The position numbers were made by a program, and so were the translations under genes. The notes under the pieces were generated by a model that saw only the letters and a list, made by a program, of their open reading frames with translations, was not told the DNA's origin and did no database searches. Positions 56,512 through 64,000 of a stretch of DNA of 64,000 bases are shown here, one piece after another (positions within the stretch are counted from its first letter, which is position 1; each line of letters starts with the position of its first letter). Origin of the DNA: Spirochaetota bacterium. GTDB taxonomy: Bacteria > Spirochaetota > UBA4802 > JAGODF01. The stretch covers positions 30,207 to 94,206 of the forward strand of contig DAOSYC010000001.1 of assembly GCA_035380905.1 (NCBI GenBank), in the 5' to 3' direction.

Positions 56512-57456
56512 ATGGGTAAAACCGCATACCTCTATGATGAAATCTATCTGGAACATGACACGGGATGGGGCCATCCTGAATGTCCCGAGCGTCTGGTAGC
56601 AATTGACAGCCGTTTGAAAAAGTGTTCATTTTATTCAGACCTTGTGCGGGTGAAAGCGGTAAAAGCAGATCTGAAATATATCGAGATGATTCACAGCAGG
56701 AACTATATCGATGAAGTAAAGAGAAATGTTGAGCGGGGGATGCACGCGCTTGATCCGGATACAACCGTTGGGGACAAGTCATATGATGTGGCACTCTATG
56801 CGGTAGGCGGGTGTCTTAATATGTGTGACGCAATTGTAAAAGGGAAGGCTGTGAACGGTTTTTGTGCGATAAGGCCTCCGGGACATCACGCAGAATGGGA
56901 CTATGCGGCAGGTTTCTGCCTGTTCAATAATATTGCAATAGCAGCACGTTATCTTCAGGATAAACACGGACTGAAGAAAATAGCGATTGTTGACTGGGAT
57001 GTACATCACGGGAACGGAACACAGCATTCTTTCGAGTCCGATAATTCTGTGTACTATATCAGTCTTCATCAGTATCCTCATTACCCTGGAACGGGATCAA
57101 AAAATGAACGGGGTACAGGTGAAGGTGAGGGTTATACCCTGAATTTTCCAATGGTACACGGAAGCGGGGATGATGAATATTTAACCGCTTTTCAAAACAC
57201 AATTATTCCGACTCTCGAGGAGTTTCAACCTGAGATTATTCTAATTTCCGCGGGGTTTGACGCGCATTTCACCGATTCACTTTCTTCAATAAAACTATCA
57301 ACAGAGGCATACCAGAAATTCACTGTTATGTTAAAAGAAGTTGCAGTAAAATACTCCAGGGGTCGTGTTATCGGGTTTCTTGAAGGGGGGTATAATCTTG
57401 ATACACTGTCTCTTTGTGTCAAGAAAGTGATGGAAACCTTTGTTCATGAAACGTGA
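56512..57456 (+). CDS. Histone deacetylase-family protein (acetoin utilisation AcuC / acetylpolyamine amidohydrolase-like)
   Basis: PPGHHAE...GFCLFNNIAIAA...IAIVDWDVHHGNGTQ are the HDAC catalytic Zn-site signatures. Length 314 aa. Confidence 0.85.
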   Translation: MGKTAYLYDEIYLEHDTGWGHPECPERLVAIDSRLKKCSFYSDLVRVKAVKADLKYIEMIHSRNYIDEVKRNVERGMHALDPDTTVGDKSYDVALYAVGGCLNMCDAIVKGKAVNGFCAIRPPGHHAEWDYAAGFCLFNNIAIAARYLQDKHGLKKIAIVDWDVHHGNGTQHSFESDNSVYYISLHQYPHYPGTGSKNERGTGEGEGYTLNFPMVHGSGDDEYLTAFQNTIIPTLEEFQPEIILISAGFDAHFTDSLSSIKLSTEAYQKFTVMLKEVAVKYSRGRVIGFLEGGYNLDTLSLCVKKVMETFVHET

Positions 57457-57638
57457 TTATTTGTATCTTTTATTCTTAAGAGAAAAGAGCTGGAAATATT
57501 TTCTGTCATTCCTGTAATGTGGCTAAGGATATGAATTTGTTTGAGCGGGAAATGAGTGTTATCATTTTTCTTCAGATACAGCAGCCTTGCGGTTTACCTT
57601 CTTTTGTATAATTTTCAGACAACGAGGTCCTTTTATCA

Positions 57639-58091
57639 ATGGCATTTTCACCTTTTATCTGGCTTGCAGTGGGAATACTTATCATGGGAATGGAAATTCT
57701 GGTTCCCGGATTTGTTCTTTTCTGGTTCGGGATTGGCGGTGTTGTGACATCGCTTCTGGTTTTCATTAAAATTATTCCCGAACAAAATGCTGTTGCCCAA
57801 TGGGTTTCTTTTTTTCTTACTTCGTTACTTTGTCTTTCTTTGTGGCATTTCTATGCCGGAAAATATTTCAAAAAAAGCCTCACTGATGAAACAGGGGATC
57901 CCACATTACAAAATCTTACCGGCCGTGTGGTAAAACCTGTAATGCCCGGTGTCCCCGGAGAAGTTGAACTATACAGCGGGTTTCACGGGATAAAAAAATG
58001 GCAGGCTGAAGCGAAGGAGGTCCTCGAAGAAGGTGAAGAGGTCAGGGTTCTGGAAGCCAGGGGCATTAAGCTTGTTGTTGAAAAAAAGTAA
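57639..58091 (+). CDS. NfeD-like membrane protein (partner of SPFH/stomatin proteins)
   Basis: Two N-terminal TM helices plus a C-terminal OB-fold-like soluble domain (GRVVKPVMPGVPGEVELYSGFHG...VRVLEARGIKLVV). The SPFH gene lies immediately downstream. Confidence 0.65.
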   Translation: MAFSPFIWLAVGILIMGMEILVPGFVLFWFGIGGVVTSLLVFIKIIPEQNAVAQWVSFFLTSLLCLSLWHFYAGKYFKKSLTDETGDPTLQNLTGRVVKPVMPGVPGEVELYSGFHGIKKWQAEAKEVLEEGEEVRVLEARGIKLVVEKK

Positions 58092-58267
58092 TATCAATTT
58101 ATTGTTCATTTTTGTTGAAAATATATCGTTACATTTTTAAGATATTTGTTGGACCTGACTTTTGGCGGGGGAAAACGGATATCTTAATTTTTTTTTTATA
58201 TTATTTGATGTATAAGGGAGTTTCTACATCTTAAGAGTAAAAAAAATGCGTGAACCAGGAGGATCAA

Positions 58268-59146
58268 ATGATTTATCTTGTATTTGCAATTGCGGTTATT
58301 GCGGTGCTGTTGGTTGTGAAAGGTATCAAGATCGTACCGCAGGCTGAAAACTGGATTATTGAGCGTTTTGGAAAATATGCGACAACCTTAAATCCGGGAC
58401 TTAATCTTATAAATCCGATTTTTTCAAGGGTTTCCCATAAGGTCGATATTCGTGAGACTGTTCTTGATATGCCGAAACAGGGTACCATTACAAGTGATAA
58501 CGCGTCAATTGAAGTAGACGGTATTGTGTACTATAAAATTATGGATCCCTATAAATCTTATTACGGCATAAGCAGCCTGCGATATGCTATACAGAACCTT
58601 GCCCAGACAACACTACGGTCGATTATGGGAAAAATGACCCTTGATGAATCATTGTCTTCACGTGAAAAGATTAACGCGGAACTTCTGGAAATTCTTGATG
58701 AGGCTACTGATTCATGGGGTACAAAAATAACCCGTGTCGAGATACGGGATATTGAACCGCCTGCTGATATTGTCAGTGCCATGACACTGCAGATGAAAGC
58801 TGAAAGGGAGAAACGTGCCCGGATACTCGAGGCAGAAGCAAAAAAGGAAGCCGCGGAGCGTGAAGCGGAAGGTATGAAGCGCGCACAGATTCTTCAGGCT
58901 GAAGCACGGAAAGAATCAGCAGACCGTGACGCAGAGGCACGTGAACGCCTTGCAAGGGCGGAAGCGCAGGCTATTTCATCAGTAGCTGATTCCCTCAATG
59001 CAAGCGGCGGAGACCCTCTCGTGTATCTTTTGGGACAGGAATATGTCCGTGGTATGATAAAGCTTGGGGAATCACCCAACGGGAAAATTGTTGTGCTTCC
59101 TGCGGATGTAATGGAATCAGTGAAGACAATTTTCAAAAAACAGTAG
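58268..59146 (+). CDS. SPFH/band-7 (stomatin-like) protein
   Basis: The AGGAGG RBS 5 nt upstream supports the ATG at 58268; the ORF-track start at 58250 lacks an RBS. N-terminal TM, an SPFH core (IVPQAENWIIERFGKY...IRETVLDMPKQGTITSDNASIEVDGIVYYKI), and a C-terminal Ala/Glu/Arg coiled coil. Confidence 0.85.
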   Translation: MIYLVFAIAVIAVLLVVKGIKIVPQAENWIIERFGKYATTLNPGLNLINPIFSRVSHKVDIRETVLDMPKQGTITSDNASIEVDGIVYYKIMDPYKSYYGISSLRYAIQNLAQTTLRSIMGKMTLDESLSSREKINAELLEILDEATDSWGTKITRVEIRDIEPPADIVSAMTLQMKAEREKRARILEAEAKKEAAEREAEGMKRAQILQAEARKESADRDAEARERLARAEAQAISSVADSLNASGGDPLVYLLGQEYVRGMIKLGESPNGKIVVLPADVMESVKTIFKKQ

Positions 59147-59195
59147 TAAATGACAATAATAACAGAACTGGAAGTGGAACGGTAATATTACAGCG

Positions 59196-61418
59196 ATGAA
59201 CTCTGGACAGCAGCTCATTCTAACATTCGGTGGCGCGGTGTTTTTCGGGATTCTCTTTTTTGCCATTGCGAGAAGACTCCGTGTTACACCGATTGTGGTG
59301 CTGCTGATGGGGGGGATATTTCTGGGGCCCAGCAGTTTCGGGATCGGAATTATCAATCCTCATATTCTGGGTGACGGGCTCAAGGTTATTGTGCAGCTTG
59401 CGGTAGCCCTTATTCTTTTTGAGGGGGGTATGACCCTTGACGCGAATGGATACCGGCAGGTATCAGCGGAAATACGTCATGTTCTGACCCGGGGTGTTGT
59501 CATTACATGGATTGGCTCGGCAGTTGCGGTGAAGTTCATCTTTGATTTGCCATGGGCGCTCTCAGTTCTTGCCGGAAGTCTGATTATTGTTACAGGTCCC
59601 ACTGTAATAGGGCCCCTTCTTAAACGTATACGGGTTAAGAGCCGCCTTTTTCATTTCCTTCACTGGGAAAGCGTGCTGATTGATCCAATCGGGGTGTTTA
59701 TCGCCCTGCTCTGTTTTGAGTGGATAATCGGGCACGACGCCATTGAGCTGTTTATAATGCGACTTCTCCTTGGACTGGTAGTGGGTTTTGGTGGCGGGCT
59801 TATCCTTGCGTTTATTATCCGCCGGCAATGGCTGCCGGATGAGAGCATCAATGTGTTTGTTCTCGCCTGTGCTCTCGGGCTGTATGCGCTTTCAGATGTG
59901 GTAATTCCGGAAAGCGGCCTTCTCAGTGTTACCGTGGCGGGATTTGTAGTTGGATATACAGATACTCCGCAGATTGACAGGCTTAAAAGTTATAAAGCAC
60001 AGCTTGTTGATCTGCTTATCGGCCTCCTTTTTGTTCTTCTGGCAGCTAACCTCGATATTGATTCAATTACCAGTAATTACGGGTTTAATATGGTGCTGGC
60101 AGTTGTTATTGTAATGCTGGTAGTCAGGCCATTGAATATTCTGATTTCCACAATGGGTAAAAAAACTTTTATTTTCAGGGAAAAATTATTTCTGGGGTGG
60201 ATAGCGCCAAGGGGGATTGTCGCTGCGTCCATGGCGTCAATTTTCGCGTTAGCTCTCAAAGAGCGTGGTGGCGGGGATGCAGCAAGCGGAAAGTTCATTG
60301 AAGCGTTCACATATTCTGTTATTATCGGAACCGTTGTGTTTCAGGGTTTTACCGCGGGTTGGATTGGTAAATTGTTAAAAGTTGTTGAACCGAAACCGAC
60401 CGGGTGGCTCCTTATCGGTGCCCACAGGCTTGCGCAGCAGGTAGCGGAGTTTATTGAATCCCATCGGGTAGCGGTTACGCTACTGGATACAAATTTGAAA
60501 TGTGTTTCAATGGCAAGAAAGCGGGGGGTTAATGCGGTTTTTGCAAATGCCGTTACAATGAATCCTGATGAATTTCCGGAACTCTATGGTATCGGAAATG
60601 TTCTTGCTATTACCACGAATGAGGATTTAAACGAGCTGGCGTGTCAGAGGCTTTCTCAGAGTATCGGAAAAGCTGAGATGTATAAATGGAGTTCAACACC
60701 CATTGCAGAAGGAACCATGAAAAAAAATTCTCTTTCCTGTGGAAGTCCCGTTTGGACAGACGTGAGGCTTTCAAGAATGGTTGCGATGAGCATGGAGGGG
60801 ACCGACCTGACCTTTTCCATTGTGAAGTACGATGTTGAGAAAGGGGATATACCTGAAAATGTACTAATGTGTTATTCTGATGGAGATTTTCATCTATCCG
60901 TACCGGGAAGCCTTTCCGGTGATACAGAATTTCTTATTTTTAATCCAATTGATGTGAGGCTGGATATCCAGCTTGATCCTGACTGGGTTATTGTTTCTGA
61001 CGCAGAGAGCCTTGCAGATGTACTTGGTGAACTGCTGAACAGGCTTCACCAGGATATTCCAGCGCTTGATACGGAGTGGCTTCTTCATCATCTTATCACC
61101 ATTGAGCGGGAGTATTCAAGCGTAATTGGACACGGTGTTGCATTGCCTCATACCTATATCGAAGGCATTGAACGATCCCTTGTAATGGTGGCCAAGATGA
61201 GGAAACCGGTGATCTGCCAGCATGGTACTGATGAGATCATTTATGTTGTGCTGCTGCTCAGTCCGAAAGACCAGCCGGAGGTGCATATTAAAGCATTGTC
61301 GGAAATATCAAAATTTATAGTGAATGATGATAACAGAAAAAAACTCGCTTCAGCACAAACTAAAAGCGACCTTATTGCTATACTTTTTCCGGACCGTGAA
61401 AAAAAACATACATCGTGA
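59196..61418 (+). CDS. CPA1-type cation/proton antiporter (NhaP-like) fused to TrkA-N (RCK) and a C-terminal PTS EIIA-2-type regulatory domain
   Basis: N-terminal 400 aa with about 12 TM helices and the Na+/H+ exchanger pattern (LLMGGIFLGPS, LILFEGGMTLD). Then the Rossmann-like WLLIGAHRLAQQVAEFIESHRVAVTLLDTN. The C-terminal 150 aa carry the EIIA-2 (fructose/mannitol family) His-loop context (VIGHGVALPHTYIEG). Confidence 0.7.
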   Translation: MNSGQQLILTFGGAVFFGILFFAIARRLRVTPIVVLLMGGIFLGPSSFGIGIINPHILGDGLKVIVQLAVALILFEGGMTLDANGYRQVSAEIRHVLTRGVVITWIGSAVAVKFIFDLPWALSVLAGSLIIVTGPTVIGPLLKRIRVKSRLFHFLHWESVLIDPIGVFIALLCFEWIIGHDAIELFIMRLLLGLVVGFGGGLILAFIIRRQWLPDESINVFVLACALGLYALSDVVIPESGLLSVTVAGFVVGYTDTPQIDRLKSYKAQLVDLLIGLLFVLLAANLDIDSITSNYGFNMVLAVVIVMLVVRPLNILISTMGKKTFIFREKLFLGWIAPRGIVAASMASIFALALKERGGGDAASGKFIEAFTYSVIIGTVVFQGFTAGWIGKLLKVVEPKPTGWLLIGAHRLAQQVAEFIESHRVAVTLLDTNLKCVSMARKRGVNAVFANAVTMNPDEFPELYGIGNVLAITTNEDLNELACQRLSQSIGKAEMYKWSSTPIAEGTMKKNSLSCGSPVWTDVRLSRMVAMSMEGTDLTFSIVKYDVEKGDIPENVLMCYSDGDFHLSVPGSLSGDTEFLIFNPIDVRLDIQLDPDWVIVSDAESLADVLGELLNRLHQDIPALDTEWLLHHLITIEREYSSVIGHGVALPHTYIEGIERSLVMVAKMRKPVICQHGTDEIIYVVLLLSPKDQPEVHIKALSEISKFIVNDDNRKKLASAQTKSDLIAILFPDREKKHTS

Positions 61419-61433
61419 GCAGATGCAGCACCG

Positions 61434-62477
61434 CTATTTTATGACGACACGTTCGCCCTGAACAGCATCTGTATGTACAACTTCTCCGATTATACAGGGA
61501 TGCTCACCGGCTTTTGTAAGGGTATCTATTAATCTGGTACTGTTGTCTGTATCTGAAAAAAGCATCATACCGGTACCCATATTAAAAGTGGTAAACATCT
61601 CCCGTTCCGCAACATTACCCTCTTTCTGAATGACCTGAAAAACAGGCAGTATATCAAGGGAAGCTTTTTCAATTATTACTGATGTATTTTCGGGAAGAAT
61701 GCGGGGGATATTTTCATAAAAACCACCACCGGTAATGTGTACCATTCCCTTGATCTTGATTCCTTCAGAAAGAGCACGGGTAACTGCCCTGCAGTATATA
61801 CGGGTCGGGGTAAGAAGAGTTTCACCCAGTGTACCTGGAAGGTCGGAAATTTTTTTCTCTACAGTATACTTTTTCATGTCAAAGAAGAGTTTTCGTACCA
61901 GAGAATATCCGTTAGAGTGAATACCGGATGAAGGAAGGCCGATAATAATATCTCCATCTTGTATGTTTTTTCCGGTGATAATATTGTCCCTGTCAACAAC
62001 ACCCACCGCAAATCCCGCAATATCATAGTCCGTTTGTTCCATGACATTCGGGTGTTCAGCAGTTTCACCTCCAATCAGGCTGCATCCGGCCATGTTGCAT
62101 CCTTCCGCAATTCCTTTTACCACTTCAACAAGGATGTCCTCGTCAAGTTTGCCGCACGAAATATAATCGAGAAAAAAAAGCGGTGCGGCACCGGATGTAA
62201 GGATATCATTTACACACATGGCGACAGCATCTATTCCGATAGTATTGTGAATATTCATCATTCGGGCTATTGTAATTTTTGTGCCCACGCCGTCAGTTCC
62301 TGAAACAAGGACTGGTTCTTTCATTTCAGGGAATGCGCCGGAATATAGTGCCCCGAATCCTCCGATTCCGGTAAGGACTCTTTCGGTAAAGGTTGATTTC
62401 ACTGAAGGAATAATTCTTTTAACAAAGTTATTTCCTTTTTCAATATCGACGCCGGAATCTTTATATGTGAGTCCCAT
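61434..62477 (-). CDS. purM: Phosphoribosylformylglycinamidine cyclo-ligase (AIR synthetase)
   Basis: MGLTYKDSGVDIEKGN N-terminus typical of PurM, plus VSGTDGVGTKI. I chose the ATG at 62477 with RBS GAGG; the 67-codon upstream extension in the ORF track (to 62678) is Cys/Ile-rich and has no homology-like pattern. Confidence 0.9.
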   Translation of the reverse strand: MGLTYKDSGVDIEKGNNFVKRIIPSVKSTFTERVLTGIGGFGALYSGAFPEMKEPVLVSGTDGVGTKITIARMMNIHNTIGIDAVAMCVNDILTSGAAPLFFLDYISCGKLDEDILVEVVKGIAEGCNMAGCSLIGGETAEHPNVMEQTDYDIAGFAVGVVDRDNIITGKNIQDGDIIIGLPSSGIHSNGYSLVRKLFFDMKKYTVEKKISDLPGTLGETLLTPTRIYCRAVTRALSEGIKIKGMVHITGGGFYENIPRILPENTSVIIEKASLDILPVFQVIQKEGNVAEREMFTTFNMGTGMMLFSDTDNSTRLIDTLTKAGEHPCIIGEVVHTDAVQGERVVIK

Positions 62478-62765
62478 GATTTCCTCGCTATGAATAATGA
62501 GATGAATTTTTCTACAAACTCTGTTACACCGAATGAAAACCTGACAGGTACGCTTCTTCCATGAAACAATCCACTGAAGTTGATAATCCCTTATCAGGAA
62601 CAATAACGCAGCATTGTTTACAGTACAGCAGAGTAGTAACTTTCTTTTTATTGTAATGTAAATACAAGCAATTTTCAATTAGTTCTTGATTTTTACAGAG
62701 GACTGTGGCTGATTCAATGGACAGGACATACTATTACGGTTACGTTCTCTGGTACAGGAGACATT

Positions 62766-63584
62766 ATGGCATTATCACAGAAGGAGTTGGAAATACTCCT
62801 GGAAAAATTACGCCGAAAATATAATGAGTATGGTGAGAAATACAGCAGGAAGTTTTTTGATATCGGTTCCTTAGAAGATCGTCTTCAGATAACTCTCAGG
62901 AACAGGCTGAATCTTGAGGGATTTATCCTCGCAGAAATTGCCGCGTTTGAAAAGTTAAAGGAAAAGTACGAGAAGAAAAAAAAGAGTAATTCTTTTGCCC
63001 TGAAAGTTGATAGAATTATTGAAGAAAATATTGCACGCATAAAGAAATATCCCCCTGTTATGTTTCATAAAAAAGCAGGAGTAGAGATTACGCACTTTTA
63101 CGGCGCGGTATCAGAATTTTCCGAATACCTGTTTCCTGTGATCTGGCTTGTGGTCCGGGATGATGCGCATAAAAGAAAGCTTCAGAAATTAGATGACTCA
63201 CTGAATTTTCTTGCTGTCCCGAGAGGGTCCAAACCGTCGAAACGGGTTGAAGACCATATACTGCTGCTTTCACGAACAGGTGTCAGGGAAATCGATATTG
63301 AAAAGGATAAAAACAGATATCTCACGGAAACCGCAGGTGTGCTTTTTGAAATTGATGATTTTTGCAGCGAACTGATGGAATTACGGGACCCTGAATGGGA
63401 GAAGCCGCTCCGTTTCGACAGATTGTATTATGAAGGGAAAAAGAAAAAAAAGATAATTGAAAATTTTACTAATTTTTCATCATACGGTGCACTGTTAAAA
63501 ATCAGAGAGTATGCTGCAGAAGTAATAGAAGATTTCCGTCTTTCTGCTTTCAGGGATTTACACAAAGAAAAAACAATTCGTTGA
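62766..63584 (+). CDS. Hypothetical protein, no recognisable domain
   Basis: ORF of 272 aa, lysine-rich and predicted helical. Codon usage is consistent with its neighbours. Confidence 0.4.
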   Translation: MALSQKELEILLEKLRRKYNEYGEKYSRKFFDIGSLEDRLQITLRNRLNLEGFILAEIAAFEKLKEKYEKKKKSNSFALKVDRIIEENIARIKKYPPVMFHKKAGVEITHFYGAVSEFSEYLFPVIWLVVRDDAHKRKLQKLDDSLNFLAVPRGSKPSKRVEDHILLLSRTGVREIDIEKDKNRYLTETAGVLFEIDDFCSELMELRDPEWEKPLRFDRLYYEGKKKKKIIENFTNFSSYGALLKIREYAAEVIEDFRLSAFRDLHKEKTIR

Positions 63585-63594
63585 AAGGTGCTTC

Positions 63595-64000
63595 TCAGGA
63601 ACTGTGCGCGCGTATTCTATTTTTCTCATAGAAGACCCACGAGACCTCTGCCCCAATAACAAAGAGAAAACAGGTGTACCATATCCAGATCATGAGTATA
63701 ACCACGACTGAAAGGGAGCCGAATATTGAAGTATAGTCGTTGATTTCGGTTATGTAATACGAGAATATAAGTTTAATGATTTCATAACTGAGAGATGCAA
63801 AGAGGGCACCTTTAAACATTGAAACGTTATCAAGCTTTTTCGGCGGCACAAAGCGGTACATTGTAAAAATCATGAGGGTATTGATTGAAAGTGTTACTAC
63901 TGATGAAACAAGAAACGGCGCCTGAATAAGGGTAAGTATATTAGTGCCGAAAACGTTGAATGTTTTAAGATACTTTTCTATGAGGTTTGTGAAGAATTCG
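63595..64000 (-). CDS. YihY/BrkB-family (formerly RNase BN) integral membrane protein; C-terminal part, with the gene continuing beyond the window
   Basis: C-terminus FGSLSVVVILMIWIWYTCFLFVIGAEVSW matches the YihY signature (YGSlgsvivlLlWlYlsa.ilLlGAElna). The frame stays open to position 64000. Confidence 0.65.
   Translation of the reverse strand, partial: EFFTNLIEKYLKTFNVFGTNILTLIQAPFLVSSVVTLSINTLMIFTMYRFVPPKKLDNVSMFKGALFASLSYEIIKLIFSYYITEINDYTSIFGSLSVVVILMIWIWYTCFLFVIGAEVSWVFYEKNRIRAHSS

Noticed and set aside
1-64000. Mobile elements, prophage, CRISPR arrays, tRNA/rRNA genes, toxin-antitoxin or known defence systems
   Set aside because: No transposase, integrase or recombinase, Cas, or phage structural genes among the translations. 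No spaced direct repeats. No tRNA-like T-arm motifs noticed in intergenic regions. The window looks like conserved core chromosome around the origin.

Overview
This 64-kb window is ordinary core chromosome spanning the replication origin of a low-GC bacterium (roughly 38-40% GC overall, with a 45-57% GC island at about 5.3-13.5 kb). The origin gene order is dinG, an AT-rich DnaA-box region, dnaA, a second DnaA-box cluster, dnaN, recF, a DUF721/DciA-like gene, a DUF370/RemA-like gene, gyrB, gyrA. That order resembles the spirochaete (Leptospira-like) and actinobacterial arrangement, but I cannot assign taxonomy from sequence alone. Flanking genes are housekeeping: pyrF, a macro-domain protein, GTP-dependent PEPCK, cysK, mnmG, rsmG, lexA, xseA, xseB, lspA, ileS, manC, pyrC, pyrB and purM. 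Alongside them are signalling proteins (an atypical receiver-PAS protein, a REC-GGDEF response regulator), a B12-binding radical SAM enzyme, two SGNH hydrolases, a SpoU methyltransferase, a histone-deacetylase-family enzyme, an NfeD/SPFH pair, a CPA1 antiporter fused to TrkA-N and PTS-EIIA2 domains, and a MoxR/VWA/MBL three-gene operon. Several surface or envelope proteins are present: an OmpA-family protein, a FecR-domain lipoprotein, a lipoprotein with six PPC-like repeats, a MORN-repeat protein, and a membrane protein with a degenerate spermidine-synthase fold plus TPR repeats. I found no transposase, integrase, CRISPR array, tRNA or rRNA, and no defence or mobile system. I did not find an obviously novel multi-gene system. 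The observations most worth follow-up are: (1) recF is interrupted by a frameshift inside an A9-G-A10 homopolymer and its C-terminus continues in the -1 frame; (2) a roughly 1.1-kb ORF-free, compositionally odd stretch sits between rsmG and an SGNH gene and begins with a strong GC hairpin; (3) a zinc-ribbon / hyper-acidic (about 480 aa) / DUF4389 protein is co-transcribed with a small membrane protein; (4) a MBL-MoxR-VWA operon; (5) a small helical ORF lies directly upstream of lexA-xseAB; (6) the origin is bipartite, with a perfect DnaA box in the dnaA-dnaN spacer. All calls rest on reading the translations and motifs by eye; no database searches were run.
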